The translations under genes were made by a program, and so were the position numbers. A stretch of DNA of 64,000 nucleotides from Escherichia coli. Its GTDB lineage: Bacteria; Pseudomonadota; Gammaproteobacteria; Enterobacterales; Enterobacteriaceae. The notes below the pieces were generated by a model. That model searched no databases and was not told the DNA's origin. It saw only the letters and a list, made by a program, of their open reading frames with translations. Below, piece by piece: positions 35,607 to 49,608 of the stretch (positions are counted from its first letter, which is position 1; every line of letters begins with the position of its first letter). The stretch lies in the NCBI RefSeq assembly GCF_965641715.1, contig NZ_OZ282453.1; one strand, 5' to 3'.

Positions 35607-36350
35607 ATGACCACACCAAATCCACTGGCAAAAACGAAAGGTGCGGGAACGACGTTCTGGATGTACACCGGCAAGGGCGATGCGTTTGCGAACCCTTTAT
35701 CGAACACTGACTGGCTGCGTCTTGCGATGGTGAAGGATCTGCAACCTGGCGAAATGACCGCTGATGCAGAAGATGACACTTATCTCGATGATGAAGATGC
35801 AGACTGGAAAACGACAACCCAGGGGCAGAAATCCGTCGGTGATACTTCGGCGACGCTGGCCTGGCGTCCGGGTGACAGCGGGCAGAAAAAACTGGTTCAG
35901 TTGTTCGACTCCGGTGAAGTCTGCGCGTTTCGTATCAAATATCCCAACGGCACTGTTGATGTTTTCCGTGGCTGGCTGAGCTCACTGGGTAAAACCATTG
36001 CCTCAAAAGACGTGATGACCCGCACAGTGAAAATCAGCGGTGTGGGGCGTCCGTATCTGGCAGAGGAAGGCACTGAAACAGTGAGCGTTACCGGGCTGAC
36101 GGTGGCACCGGCATCTGCCAGTGTAAAAGTGGGAGCAACCACCACGCTGACCTTTACAGTAAAACCTGACGGAGCCAGTGACAAAGCGATCAGTGTGCAT
36201 TCGACAGATCCACAGACTGCCACTGTGACCCTGAACGGGCTTGTGGCCACGGTGAAAGGCGTGAAGCAGGGCAGTGTCAGCATTGTGGGCATGACTTCTG
36301 ACGGCGATTTTGTGGCAGTGGCTGCGGTGGCTGTCAGCGCCGCAGGTTAA
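35607..36350 (+). CDS. V: major tail protein V with C-terminal Ig-like (Big_2) domain
   Basis: SD AAGGAGG. ...KGAGTTFWMYTG...FRGWLSSLGK... resembles lambda gpV. Confidence 0.9.
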   Translation: MTTPNPLAKTKGAGTTFWMYTGKGDAFANPLSNTDWLRLAMVKDLQPGEMTADAEDDTYLDDEDADWKTTTQGQKSVGDTSATLAWRPGDSGQKKLVQLFDSGEVCAFRIKYPNGTVDVFRGWLSSLGKTIASKDVMTRTVKISGVGRPYLAEEGTETVSVTGLTVAPASASVKVGATTTLTFTVKPDGASDKAISVHSTDPQTATVTLNGLVATVKGVKQGSVSIVGMTSDGDFVAVAAVAVSAAG

Positions 36351-36370
36351 CAGGACGATACTCATCATTT

Positions 36371-36394
36371 GCCCCGGTTATCCGGGGCTTTTTT
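36371..36394 (+). terminator. hairpin/terminator after V
   Basis: GCCCCGG-ttat-CCGGGGC followed by TTTTTT. Confidence 0.6.
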
Positions 36395-36407
36395 GCAGGT
36401 GGAGAAC

Positions 36408-36797
36408 ATGATGTTTCTGAAACAGGGCACGTTTAATTATGAAAAGCAGTCCGTGGTGCTCAGTGAGCTGTCCGGGCTGCAGAGAATTGAATATCTGGCG
36501 TTTGTTCAGCAGCGAACGGCAAAGTTTGATGCCGAAGAGGGAGAACTGCCGGAGGCTGAACGACAGATTGCTTTTCTGCGGATGGGGATGGATATCAATG
36601 CCTGGCTGGTTTCCCGCTCACTGTGGAATGCGGAACAGTCTCAGGATGTTGAGACGCTTTGCGCATCCGTTATTACAACATGGTCGTATGATGCCCTGGG
36701 AGCGGGGGCGGAGATGGTTCTGTCGCTGAGCGGTATGGGAGTCATTGAGAATGCCGGGGATTTGGAGCATGAGGTGCTGACGCCGGAAAAGTCCTGA
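36408..36797 (+). CDS. G: tail assembly chaperone G
   Basis: MMFLKQGTFNYEKQSVVLSELSGLQRIEYLAF... resembles lambda gpG. Confidence 0.85.
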   Translation: MMFLKQGTFNYEKQSVVLSELSGLQRIEYLAFVQQRTAKFDAEEGELPEAERQIAFLRMGMDINAWLVSRSLWNAEQSQDVETLCASVITTWSYDALGAGAEMVLSLSGMGVIENAGDLEHEVLTPEKS

Positions 36798-37135
36798 CGC
36801 GGGAAATGCAGTTTGTCATGCGGCTTGCCCGGGAGTTCCGGCGGGCAGACTGGCGGCGGATGCTGTCGGAAATGTCGGCCACTGAGCTTGGTGAGTGGGG
36901 CGATTATTTCCGGATGCAGAGCTTCAGTGATGTGTGGATGGATGCGCAGTTTGCCTCGCTGAAGGCATTGATCGTGAGAATGGTGTCCGGTAGCAGTGAT
37001 GCTGCGGTGGCTGATTTCAGCCTTTTACCGGAAGAGAACGGGATACCGGAGCGAACGGACGAAGAACTGATGCATCTTGGGGAAGGTATTTCCGGAGGTG
37101 TGCGTTATGGACCAGATAGCCAACCTGGTCATTGA
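36785..37135 (+). CDS. T: T portion of the G-T frameshift product (-1 frame relative to G)
   Basis: The -1 frame is open from the end of G. ...REMQFVMRLAREFRRADWRRML...GGVRYG resembles lambda gpT. Candidate slip site CCG GAA AAG (36783-36791). Confidence 0.7.
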   Translation, partial: GKVLTREMQFVMRLAREFRRADWRRMLSEMSATELGEWGDYFRMQSFSDVWMDAQFASLKALIVRMVSGSSDAAVADFSLLPEENGIPERTDEELMHLGEGISGGVRYGPDSQPGH

Positions 37136-40100
37136 TTTGGGGATTGATGCGGCAGAGTTTAAAAATGAAATTCCCCGTATCAAAAACCTTCTGAATGGTG
37201 CAGCCAGCGATGCAGAACGGTCTTCTGCCCGTATGCAGCGTTTTATGGAGCGTCAGACTCAGGCCGCCCGGCAGACAATGCAGGCGGCTTCTTCGGCTGC
37301 AACAGCCGCATCCGTCCATGCGCAGACGGTGGAGAAGAGCGCACAGGCTCATGAACGCATGGCCCGCGAGGTGGAGCAAACCCGCCAGCGTATGGAGGCA
37401 CTGAGCCAGAAAATGCGCGAGGAACAGGCGCAGGCCATGGCTCTGGCGGAGGCTCAGGATAAAGCGGCTGCCGCGTTTTATCGTCAGATTGACAGTGTGA
37501 AACAGGCCAGTGCGGGGCTGCAGGAATTACAGCGTATTCAGCAGCAGATCCGACAGGCCAGAAACAGTGGCGGGATTGGTCAGCAGGATTATCTGGCGCT
37601 GATTTCTGAGGTTACGGCGAAAACCCGTGTTCTTACGCAGGCTGAGGAAGAGGCTACCCGACAGAAAGTGGCGTTTATCCGTCAGCTTAAAGAGCAGGCA
37701 ACCCGCCAGAATCTTTCTTCTTCTGAGTTGCTTCGTGCTAAGGCTGCCCAGTTGGGGGTAAGCAGTGCTGCAGAAGTGTATATCCGCAAAATGGAGCAGG
37801 CAGGAAAAGCCACGCATTCGCTGGGTCTGAAAAGTGCAGCGGCCCGCCAGGAGATTGGCGTTCTGATAGGTGAACTGGCCCGCGGCAATTTAGGGGCGCT
37901 GAGGGGATCCGGGATAACGCTGGCTAACCGTGCCGGATGGATAGACACTCTGATGTCACCGAAAGGCATGATGCTTGGCGGGGTTATTGGCGGTATTGCC
38001 GCGTCCGTCTATGGTCTGGGTAAAGCCTGGTATGACGGTCAGAAGGAGGGGGAAGAATTTAACCGCCAGTTGTCGCTGACGGGGCATTATGCCGGAGTCA
38101 CTGCCGGGCAGCTGTGGACGCTCAGTCGTGCTATTTCCGGGAATGGTATCACGCAACATGCTGCAGCCGGTGCGCTGGCTCAGGTGGTGGGGAGTGGTGC
38201 ATTTCGTGGAAACGATATCGGTATGGTGGCGAGAGCTGCCGCACAGATGGAGCGATCGGTTGGCCAGTCGGTCAGCGATACCATAAATCAGTTTAAGCGG
38301 CTGAAGGATGATCCTGTAAATGCCGCGAAGGCTCTGGACAATGAGCTGCATTTTCTTACTGCCACTCAGCTTGAGCAGATACGTGTCCTTGGGGATCAGG
38401 GACGGTCCAGTGATGCTGCACGGATAGCCATGTCTGCACTGGCAGAGGAAACCGGTCGGCGTACTGCGGATATTGATAATAACCTCAATGCGCTTGGCAG
38501 TACGCTGAAGTATCTGTCTGATTTGTGGAGTCGTTTCTGGGATGCGGCCATGAATATTGGTCGTGAAGACTCGCTGGATGAACAGATTGCCGCTTTACAG
38601 GAGAAAGTGTCGCGGGCGAAAAGACTCCCCTGGACGGCATCATCTTCTCAGGTTGAATACGATCAGCAGCGTCTTAACGATCTTCAGGAGAAAAAACGCC
38701 AGAAGGATTTGCAGGATGCAAAAGAGCAGGCAGAGCGGAATTATCAGGAGCAACAGAAACGACGTAATGCTGAAAATGCTGCACTGAACCGGATGAATGA
38801 AACGGAAGCAGCACGACATCAGCGTGAAATTGCGCGTATTAATTCCATGCAGTACGCCGATCAGGCTGTCAGGGATGCAGCGATACAACGTGAAAATGAA
38901 CGTTACGAGAAAGCCCTGGCATCCGGTAAGAAAAAAACACGCGAACCCCGTAATGATGAGGCCACCCGGTTATTGCTGCAGTACAGTCAGCAACAGGCAC
39001 AGGTGGAAGGACAGATTGCTGCTGCCAGACAGTCAGCAGGCATTGCCACGGAAAGGATGACAGAAGCGCATAAACAGCTTCTGGCTCTGCAGCAGCGCAT
39101 CAGCGACCTGGACGGGAAAAAACTGACGGCAGATGAAAAGAGTGTGCTGGCCCGTAAAGATGAACTGATTCAGGCACTGACGCTGCTGGATGTAAAACAG
39201 CAGGAGCTTCAGAAACAGACGGCACTCAACGAGCTGAAGAAAAAAACAATTCAGCTGACCAGTCAACTGGCTGAAGAAGAGCGCGCTCAGCGTCAGCAAC
39301 ATGACCTGGATATCGCCACGGTGGGTATGGGTGATCAGCAGCGGCAGCGATATCAGGTACAACTGAGTCTTCGCCAGAAATACCAGCAACAGCTGGAGCA
39401 GTTGAGGCGGGATAGTGAGCAGAAAGGAACATATAACACGGATGACTACAGAAAGGCCGAGCAGGCGCTGACGGAGAGCCTGAACCGACAACTGAATGAG
39501 AATCGCCGTTACTGGCAACAGCTTGAAGTTGTGCAGGGTAACTGGAAAAACGGAGTCCTGCGTGCATTTCAGGATTTTACCGTGGATGCAGATAATACGG
39601 CAGGAACAGCAGAACAGGTGTTCTCGTCAGCCTTCAGCAACATGGGAAATGGCCTGGCAACTTTTGTCACTACCGGCAAACTCAATTTCAAATCCTTCAC
39701 CTCTTCTGTGCTGTCAGATATGGCGAAAATCCTGGCGCAGGCAACCATGATGAAATCGATAAAAGGGATTGGCAGTGTGCTGGGATTTGATCTCAGCAGC
39801 CTTTCCCTGAATGCCAATGGGGGGATTTATCAGTCTGCTGATTTGAGTCGTTACAGTGGCACGGTGGTTAACCGTCCGACGTTTTTTGCTTTTGCAAAAG
39901 GCGCGGGTGTGATGGGGGAAGCGGGACCTGAAGCCATTCTGCCACTGCGTCGTGGTGCTGACGGTAAGCTGGGGGTTGTGGCGGATATTGGTGGTTCAGG
40001 TATGGCGATGTTTGCCCCGCAGTACAACATCGAGATCAATAACGATGGCACGAACGGGCAGATAGGTCCGGCTGCCCTGAAGGTGGTTTATGACCTTGGG

Positions 40101-40172
40101 AAAAAAGCGGCAGCGGACTTTATGCAACAGCAGGCCCGTGATGGTGGTCGGTTAAGTGGAGCATATCGGTAA
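37107..40172 (+). CDS. H: tail tape-measure protein H
   Basis: About 1021 aa, coiled-coil-rich, in the lambda H position. Confidence 0.9.
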   Translation: MDQIANLVIDLGIDAAEFKNEIPRIKNLLNGAASDAERSSARMQRFMERQTQAARQTMQAASSAATAASVHAQTVEKSAQAHERMAREVEQTRQRMEALSQKMREEQAQAMALAEAQDKAAAAFYRQIDSVKQASAGLQELQRIQQQIRQARNSGGIGQQDYLALISEVTAKTRVLTQAEEEATRQKVAFIRQLKEQATRQNLSSSELLRAKAAQLGVSSAAEVYIRKMEQAGKATHSLGLKSAAARQEIGVLIGELARGNLGALRGSGITLANRAGWIDTLMSPKGMMLGGVIGGIAASVYGLGKAWYDGQKEGEEFNRQLSLTGHYAGVTAGQLWTLSRAISGNGITQHAAAGALAQVVGSGAFRGNDIGMVARAAAQMERSVGQSVSDTINQFKRLKDDPVNAAKALDNELHFLTATQLEQIRVLGDQGRSSDAARIAMSALAEETGRRTADIDNNLNALGSTLKYLSDLWSRFWDAAMNIGREDSLDEQIAALQEKVSRAKRLPWTASSSQVEYDQQRLNDLQEKKRQKDLQDAKEQAERNYQEQQKRRNAENAALNRMNETEAARHQREIARINSMQYADQAVRDAAIQRENERYEKALASGKKKTREPRNDEATRLLLQYSQQQAQVEGQIAAARQSAGIATERMTEAHKQLLALQQRISDLDGKKLTADEKSVLARKDELIQALTLLDVKQQELQKQTALNELKKKTIQLTSQLAEEERAQRQQHDLDIATVGMGDQQRQRYQVQLSLRQKYQQQLEQLRRDSEQKGTYNTDDYRKAEQALTESLNRQLNENRRYWQQLEVVQGNWKNGVLRAFQDFTVDADNTAGTAEQVFSSAFSNMGNGLATFVTTGKLNFKSFTSSVLSDMAKILAQATMMKSIKGIGSVLGFDLSSLSLNANGGIYQSADLSRYSGTVVNRPTFFAFAKGAGVMGEAGPEAILPLRRGADGKLGVVADIGGSGMAMFAPQYNIEINNDGTNGQIGPAALKVVYDLGKKAAADFMQQQARDGGRLSGAYR

Positions 40173-40501
40173 TGGAGACGTTTCACTGGAAAGTGCGCCC
40201 GGATATGAATGTGGTATCAGAGCCGAAAGTGGTGACAGTGAAGCTGGGCGATGGTTATGAACAGCGTCGTGCGGCGGGACTGAATAACCAGTTGTCGATT
40301 TACAGCGTGACGATACGTGTTCGTAAATGTGAACACCCATCTTTAAAAGCCTTTCTGGAACGGCACGGTGGCGTCCGCGCATTTCAGTGGACGCCACCTT
40401 ATGACTGGAAGCCGATCAGGGTGGTTTGTCGTAAATGGTCGGCAAGCGTGGGGGCGTTGTGGGTAACCATAACGGCAGATTTTGAACAGGTCGTGGCATA
40501 G
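40172..40501 (+). CDS. M: minor tail protein M
   Basis: METFHWKVRPDMNVVSEPKV..., 109 aa as in lambda M. Confidence 0.9.
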   Translation: METFHWKVRPDMNVVSEPKVVTVKLGDGYEQRRAAGLNNQLSIYSVTIRVRKCEHPSLKAFLERHGGVRAFQWTPPYDWKPIRVVCRKWSASVGALWVTITADFEQVVA

Positions 40502-40510
40502 GAGGCTCTG

Positions 40511-41209
40511 ATGCAGGATATTCCACAGGAAACACATCATGAGACGACACGCCTCACTCAGTCAGCCCAGGTGGTGCTCTGGGAAATCGATCTGACAGAG
40601 GTCGGTGGTGAACGTTATTTTTTCTGTAATGAGCAGAACGAAAAAGGTGAGCCGGTTACCTGGCAGGGGCGGCAGTATCAGGCATACCCCATTCAGGGGA
40701 CGGGATTTGAACTGAATGGCAAGGGCAGTGCTGCCCGTCCGACACTGACGGTTTCTAACCTGCACGGCATGGTCACCGGGATGGCGGAAGATCTGCAGAG
40801 TCTGGTCGGCGGAACGGTGGTCAGGCGTAAGGTTTACGCCCGTTTTCTGGTTGCGGTGAACTTCGTCAACGGAAACAGTGACGCCGATCCGGAGCAGGAG
40901 GTGATCAGCCGCTGGCGCATCGAGCAGTGCAGCGAACTGAGCGCGGTGAGTGCCTCTTTTGTACTGTCCACGCCGACGGAAACGGACGGTGCCGTTTTTC
41001 CGGGGCGCATCATGCTGGCCAACACCTGCACCTGGACCTATCGCGGTGACGAGTGCGGTTATCACGGTCCGGCGGTCGCGGATGAATATGATCAGCCGAC
41101 GTCCGATATCACGAAGGATAAATGCAGCAAATGCCTGAGCGGCTGTAAGTTTCGCAATAATGTCGGCAACTTTGGCGGCTTCCTTTCCATTAACAAACTT
41201 TCGCAGTGA
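40511..41209 (+). CDS. L: minor tail protein L
   Basis: 232 aa, near-identical to lambda L over most of its length (from memory). Confidence 0.92.
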   Translation: MQDIPQETHHETTRLTQSAQVVLWEIDLTEVGGERYFFCNEQNEKGEPVTWQGRQYQAYPIQGTGFELNGKGSAARPTLTVSNLHGMVTGMAEDLQSLVGGTVVRRKVYARFLVAVNFVNGNSDADPEQEVISRWRIEQCSELSAVSASFVLSTPTETDGAVFPGRIMLANTCTWTYRGDECGYHGPAVADEYDQPTSDITKDKCSKCLSGCKFRNNVGNFGGFLSINKLSQ

Positions 41210-41958
41210 ATCCCATGACAGAGACAGAATCAGCGATTCTGGCGCACGCCCGGCGATGTGCGCCAGCGGAGTCGTGCGGCTTCGTGGTGAGAACACCGGA
41301 GGGGGAAAGATATTTTCCCTGCGTGAATATCTCTGGTGAGCCGGAGGCGTATTTCCGGATGTCGCCGGAGGACTGGCTGAGTGCAGAAATGCAGGGAGAG
41401 ATTGTGGCGCTGGTCCACAGCCACCCCGGTGGTCTGCCCTGGCTGAGTGAGGCCGACCGGCGGCTGCAGGTGCAGAGTGATTTGCCGTGGTGGCTGGTCT
41501 GCCGGGGGGCGATTCATAAATTCCGCTGTGTGCCGCATCTCACCGGGCGGCGCTTTGAGCACGGGGTGACGGACTGTTACACGCTGTTCCGGGACGCTTA
41601 CCATCTGGCGGGAATTGAGATGCCGGATTTTCATCGCGGGGATGACTGGTGGCGTCACGGCCAGAATCTCTATCTGGATAATCTGGAGGACACAGGGCTG
41701 TATCAGGTGCCGTTGTCAGCGGCGCAGCCGGGCGATGTGCTGCTGTGCTGTTTTGGTTCATCGGTGCCGAATCATGCCGCCATTTACTGTGGCGACGGCG
41801 AGCTGCTGCACCATATTCCTGAACAACTGAGTAAACGAGAGAGGTACACCGACAAATGGCAGCGACGCACACACTCCCTCTGGCGTCACCGGGCATGGCA
41901 CGCATCTGCCTTTACGGGGATTTGCAACGATTTGGTCGCCGTATCGACCTTCGTGTGA
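41206..41958 (+). CDS. K: tail assembly protein K (MPN/JAB + NlpC/P60)
   Basis: ...ALVHSHPGG... (JAMM-like) and ...GVTDCYTLFRDAY... (NlpC/P60 Cys). Confidence 0.9.
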   Translation: MNPMTETESAILAHARRCAPAESCGFVVRTPEGERYFPCVNISGEPEAYFRMSPEDWLSAEMQGEIVALVHSHPGGLPWLSEADRRLQVQSDLPWWLVCRGAIHKFRCVPHLTGRRFEHGVTDCYTLFRDAYHLAGIEMPDFHRGDDWWRHGQNLYLDNLEDTGLYQVPLSAAQPGDVLLCCFGSSVPNHAAIYCGDGELLHHIPEQLSKRERYTDKWQRRTHSLWRHRAWHASAFTGICNDLVAVSTFV

Positions 41959-42503
41959 AAACGGGGGCTGAAGCCATCCGGGCACTGGCCACACAGCTCC
42001 CGGTGTTTCGTCAGAAACTGAATGAGGGCTGGTATCAGGTGCGCATTGCCGGGCGTGATGCAGGCGAAAATGAATTATCTGCCCGTCTTAATGAGCCGCT
42101 GGCAAATGGTGCCGTGATCCACATCGTGCCGCGTCTGGCGGGAGCTAAAAGTGGCGGTGTGTTTCAGGTGGTGCTTGGGGCGGCGCTGATTGCGGTGGCA
42201 TGGTGGAACCCTGTGGGCTGGCTGGGGGCCGCGGCTGTATCGGGCATGTATGCGGCAGGGGCCAGTATGATCCTGGGCGGAGTGGCGCAGATGCTGGCAC
42301 CGAAAGCCAGGACGCCCACGGCAGCCAGTACAGATAACGGCAAACAGAACACCTATTTCTCCTCACTGGATAACATGGTTGCCCAGGGCAATGTTCTGCC
42401 TGTTCTGTACGGTGAAATGCGCGTGGGGTCACGTGTGGTTTCTCAGGAGATCAGCACGGCAGACGAAGGGGATGGTGGTCAGGTTGTGGTGATTGGTCGC
42501 TGA
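41856..42503 (+). CDS. I: tail assembly protein I
   Basis: MAATHTLPLASPGMARICLYGDLQRFGRRIDLRVKTG... as in lambda gpI. Confidence 0.88.
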   Translation: MAATHTLPLASPGMARICLYGDLQRFGRRIDLRVKTGAEAIRALATQLPVFRQKLNEGWYQVRIAGRDAGENELSARLNEPLANGAVIHIVPRLAGAKSGGVFQVVLGAALIAVAWWNPVGWLGAAAVSGMYAAGASMILGGVAQMLAPKARTPTAASTDNGKQNTYFSSLDNMVAQGNVLPVLYGEMRVGSRVVSQEISTADEGDGGQVVVIGR

Positions 42504-42560
42504 TGCAAAATGTTTTATGTGAAACCGCCTCCGGGCGGTTTTATCGTTTATGGAGCGTGA

Positions 42561-45971
<3,411 letters not shown>

Positions 45972-45980
45972 CCCAGAACG

Positions 45981-46005
45981 GGCGTCAGAAATGACGCCTT
46001 TTTTA
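45981..46005 (+). terminator. terminator after J
   Basis: GGCGTCA-gaaa-TGACGCC followed by TTTTTT. Confidence 0.75.
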
Positions 46006-46028
46006 TTGCAGAAAAGCGAGAGGTAATT

Positions 46029-46628
46029 ATGCGTAAACTTTATGCCGCCATTTTGTCCGCAGCCATTTGTCTGGCCGTATCCGGTGCGCCTGCATGGGCG
46101 TCTGAACATCAGTCCACGCTGAGCGCGGGGTATCTTCATGCCCGGACGAACGTTCCCGGCAGTGATGATCTGAACGGGATTAACGTGAAATACCGTTATG
46201 AGTTTACGGACACACTGGGGCTGGTGACGTCATTCAGCTATGCAGGAGACAAGAATCGCCAGCTTACCCGTTACAGCGATACCCGCTGGCATGAAGATTC
46301 CGTGCGTAACCGCTGGTTCAGCGTGATGGTGGGGCCGTCTGTGCGCGTGAATGAATGGTTCAGCGCGTATGCGATGGCGGGTATGGCTTACAGCCGTGTG
46401 TCGACTTTCTCCGGGGATTATCTCCGCGTAACTGACAACAAGGGGAAAACGCACGACGTGCTGACCGGAAGTGATGACGGTCGCCACAGCAACACGTCTC
46501 TGGCGTGGGGAGCTGGCGTGCAGTTTAACCCGACCGAATCCGTGGCCATTGATATTGCTTATGAAGGCTCCGGCAGTGGCGACTGGCGCACTGACGGTTT
46601 CATCGTGGGTGTCGGTTATAAGTTCTGA
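46029..46628 (+). CDS. lom: Ail/Lom-family outer-membrane beta-barrel protein
   Basis: 199 aa with a signal peptide and the C-terminal ...[10 protein letters not shown]. Confidence 0.9.
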
Positions 46629-46654
46629 TTAGCCAGGTAACACAGTGTTATGAC

Positions 46655-46682
46655 AGCCCGCCGGTTCAGGCGGGCTTTTTTG
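46655..46682 (+). terminator. terminator after lom
   Basis: AGCCCGCC-ggttca-GGCGGGCT followed by TTTTTT. Confidence 0.75.
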
Positions 46683-46692
46683 TGGGGTGAAT

Positions 46693-49608
46693 ATGGCAGT
46701 AAAGATTTCAGGTGTACTGAAAGACGGCACAGGAAAACCGGTACAGAACTGCACAATCCAGCTGAAAGCAAAACGTAACAGCACCACGGTGGTGGTGAAC
46801 ACGCTGGCCTCAGAAAATCCGGATGAAGCCGGGCGTTACAGCATGGACGTTGAGTACGGGCAGTACAGCGTTATTCTGTTGGTGGAAGGATTCCCGCCGT
46901 CACATGCCGGGACCATCACCGTGTATGAAGATTCTCAACCCGGTACGCTGAATGATTTTCTCGGTGCCATGACGGAGGATGATGCCCGTCCGGAGGCACT
47001 GCGCCGTTTTGAACAGATGGTGGAAGAGGTGGCGCGTAACGCGTCCGTGGTGGCACAGAACACGGCAGCCGCGAAGAAGTCAGCCAGTGATGCCGGCACA
47101 TCTGCCCGTGAGGCGGCAACCCATGCGACTGATGCTGCAGATTCAGCACGTGCAGCCAGCACGTCAGCCGGACAGGCCGCTTCGTCGGCTCAGTCAGCGT
47201 CTTCCAGCGCAGGAACGGCATCAACAAAGGCCACTGAAGCGGAAAAAAGTGCTGCCGCTGCAGAGTCCTCAAAAAGCGCGGCAGCTACCAGTGCCGCTGC
47301 CGCGAAAACGTCAGAAACGAATGCTGCAGCGTCACAACAATCAGCCGCCACTTCTGCATCCACCGCGACTACGAAAGCGTCAGAAGCTGCCACCTCAGCC
47401 CGGGATGCGTCGGCTTCAAAAGAGGCGGCAAAATCATCAGAAACGAACGCATCCTCGAGCGCCAGTAGTGCAGCTTCCTCGGCAACGGCGGCAGCAAATT
47501 CCGCGAAGGCGGCAAAAACGTCCGAGACGAACGCCAGGTCTTCTGAGACGGCAGCGGGACAGAGCGCCTCAGCTGCGGCAGGCTCAAAAACAGCGGCTGC
47601 GTCGTCTGCCAGTGCCGCGTCAACAAGTGCCGGGCAGGCCTCAGCCAGTGCCACCGCTGCCGGAAAATCGGCAGAAAGCGCCGCATCGTCCGCTTCAACA
47701 GCCACAACGAAGGCTGGCGAAGCCACTGAACAGGCCAGCGCAGCAGCGAGGTCTGCTTCCGCAGCGAAGACATCCGAGACGAACGCGAAAGCGTCGGAAA
47801 CCAGCGCAGAATCCTCAAAAACGGCTGCCGCATCGTCCGCCAGTTCGGCGGCGTCATCGGCATCATCTGCGTCTGCTTCAAAAGATGAGGCGAGCAGACA
47901 GGCGTCAGCAGCAAAGGGCAGCGCCACGACGGCATCCACGAAGGCGACAGAGGCAGCTGGCAGTGCGACGGCGGCAGCTCAGAGCAAAAGTACGGCGGAA
48001 TCCGCGGCAACGCGCGCCGAGACAGCGGCAAAACGGGCAGAGGATATTGCATCCGCCGTGGCGCTTGAGGATGCGAGCACGACGAAAAAGGGGATAGTAC
48101 AGCTCAGCAGTGCGACTAACAGCACTTCCGAGTCACTGGCGGCAACGCCAAAAGCCGTTAAGGCCGCGTATGAGCTGGCTAACGGGAAATACACCGCACA
48201 GGATGCAACGACAGCACAGAAAGGGATAGTTCAGCTCAGCAGCGCGACCAACAGCACATCTGAAATGCTGGCGGCAACGCCAAAGTCGGTAAAGGCAGCC
48301 TATGACCTTGCTAACGGGAAATATACTGCTCAGGACGCTACGACAGCACAAAAAGGAATTGTCCAGCTCAGTAGTGCAACCAACAGCGCATCTGAAACGC
48401 TTGCCGCGACACCGAAAGCAGTGAAAGCAGCTAATGATAATGCGAATGGTCGGGTACCTTCTGCCCGTAAGGTGAATGGTAAGGCGCTTTCAGCGGATAT
48501 AACACTGACGCCGAAAGATATTGGTACGCTTAACTCAACAACAATGTCATTCAGCGGTGGTGCTGGTTGGTTCAAATTAGCAACGGTAACCATGCCACAG
48601 GCGAGTTCTGTTGTTTCAATTACGTTGATTGGTGGCGCGGGATTTAACGTGGGGTCACCTCAACAGGCAGGTATATCTGAACTTGTTTTGCGTGCAGGTA
48701 ATGGTAATCCGAAGGGGATTACTGGTGCTTTATGGCAGCGCACATCGACAGGGTTTACAAATTTTGCCTGGGTCAATACATCTGGTGATACTTACGATAT
48801 TTACGTTGCAATCGGAAATTATGCGACTGGTGTAAATATTCAATGGGATTATACCAGTAATGCCAGCGTGACTATTCATACGTCACCAGCATATTCTGCT
48901 AATAAGCCGGAAGGGTTAACGGACGGTACAGTTTATTCACTCTATACGCCATCAGAGCAGTTTTATCCGCCTGGCGCACCAATCCCGTGGCCATCAGATA
49001 CCGTTCCGTCTGGTTATGCCCTGATGCAGGGGCAGACTTTTGACAAATCTGCTTACCCGAAACTTGCAACCGCTTATCCGTCAGGCGTGATCCCTGATAT
49101 GCGTGGCTGGACGATTAAGGGCAAACCTGCCAGTGGTCGGGCCGTATTGTCTCAGGAACAGGACGGCATTAAATCGCACACCCACAGCGCCAGCGCATCC
49201 AGTACGGATTTGGGGACGAAAACCACATCGTCGTTTGATTACGGCACTAAATCCACGAATAACACCGGGGCGCATACGCACAGTGTGAGCGGTACAGCCG
49301 CAAGTGCCGGAAACCATACTCATAGTGTCACAGGCGCATCAGCAGTCAGCCAGTGGTCACAAAATGGGTCAGTACATAAGGTAGTGTCTGCGGCCAGTGT
49401 GAATACAAGTGCTGCAGGAGCGCACACTCATAGTGTCAGCGGCACAGCTGCATCTGCAGGTGCTCACGCACATACTGTCGGTATTGGTGCTCATACGCAC
49501 TCTGTTGCGATTGGCTCACATGGACACACCATCACCGTTAACGCTGCTGGTAACGCGGAAAACACTGTCAAAAACATCGCATTTAACTACATTGTGAGGC
49601 TTGCATAA
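46693..49608 (+). CDS. stf: side tail fibre Stf (Ala/Ser-rich shaft, fibre repeats, HxH C-terminal domain)
   Basis: [36 protein letters not shown]... and C-terminus ...[19 protein letters not shown], as in Ur-lambda Stf. Confidence 0.9.
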   Translation: MAVKISGVLKDGTGKPVQNCTIQLKAKRNSTTVVVNTLASENPDEAGRYSMDVEYGQYSVILLVEGFPPSHAGTITVYEDSQPGTLNDFLGAMTEDDARPEALRRFEQMVEEVARNASVVAQNTAAAKKSASDAGTSAREAATHATDAADSARAASTSAGQAASSAQSASSSAGTASTKATEAEKSAAAAESSKSAAATSAAAAKTSETNAAASQQSAATSASTATTKASEAATSARDASASKEAAKSSETNASSSASSAASSATAAANSAKAAKTSETNARSSETAAGQSASAAAGSKTAAASSASAASTSAGQASASATAAGKSAESAASSASTATTKAGEATEQASAAARSASAAKTSETNAKASETSAESSKTAAASSASSAASSASSASASKDEASRQASAAKGSATTASTKATEAAGSATAAAQSKSTAESAATRAETAAKRAEDIASAVALEDASTTKKGIVQLSSATNSTSESLAATPKAVKAAYELANGKYTAQDATTAQKGIVQLSSATNSTSEMLAATPKSVKAAYDLANGKYTAQDATTAQKGIVQLSSATNSASETLAATPKAVKAANDNANGRVPSARKVNGKALSADITLTPKDIGTLNSTTMSFSGGAGWFKLATVTMPQASSVVSITLIGGAGFNVGSPQQAGISELVLRAGNGNPKGITGALWQRTSTGFTNFAWVNTSGDTYDIYVAIGNYATGVNIQWDYTSNASVTIHTSPAYSANKPEGLTDGTVYSLYTPSEQFYPPGAPIPWPSDTVPSGYALMQGQTFDKSAYPKLATAYPSGVIPDMRGWTIKGKPASGRAVLSQEQDGIKSHTHSASASSTDLGTKTTSSFDYGTKSTNNTGAHTHSVSGTAASAGNHTHSVTGASAVSQWSQNGSVHKVVSAASVNTSAAGAHTHSVSGTAASAGAHAHTVGIGAHTHSVAIGSHGHTITVNAAGNAENTVKNIAFNYIVRLA
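48079..48440 (+). repeat. about 2.7 tandem copies of a 132-nt coding repeat inside stf
   Basis: [41 protein letters not shown] repeated (phage tail-fibre repeat). Confidence 0.85.

Noticed and set aside
40562-41296. 244-aa minus-strand ORF
   Set aside because: It is antisense to the near-lambda-identical L and K genes, with no SD and an Arg-rich composition. It is an artefact.
46979-48097. 372-aa plus-strand alternative-frame ORF, and 227-249-aa minus-strand ORFs (47190-48052), inside stf
   Set aside because: These are products of the Ala/Ser codon repeats (GCn/TCn) of the tail-fibre shaft. They translate to poly-Arg/Pro/Gln or poly-Ala/Asp strings. The Stf frame is the one that matches lambda.
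48079-48440. Tandem direct repeats that could superficially suggest a CRISPR or satellite array
   Set aside because: The 132-nt units are contiguous with no spacers, in frame, and encode the known tail-fibre repeat. There are no cas genes. This is not CRISPR.
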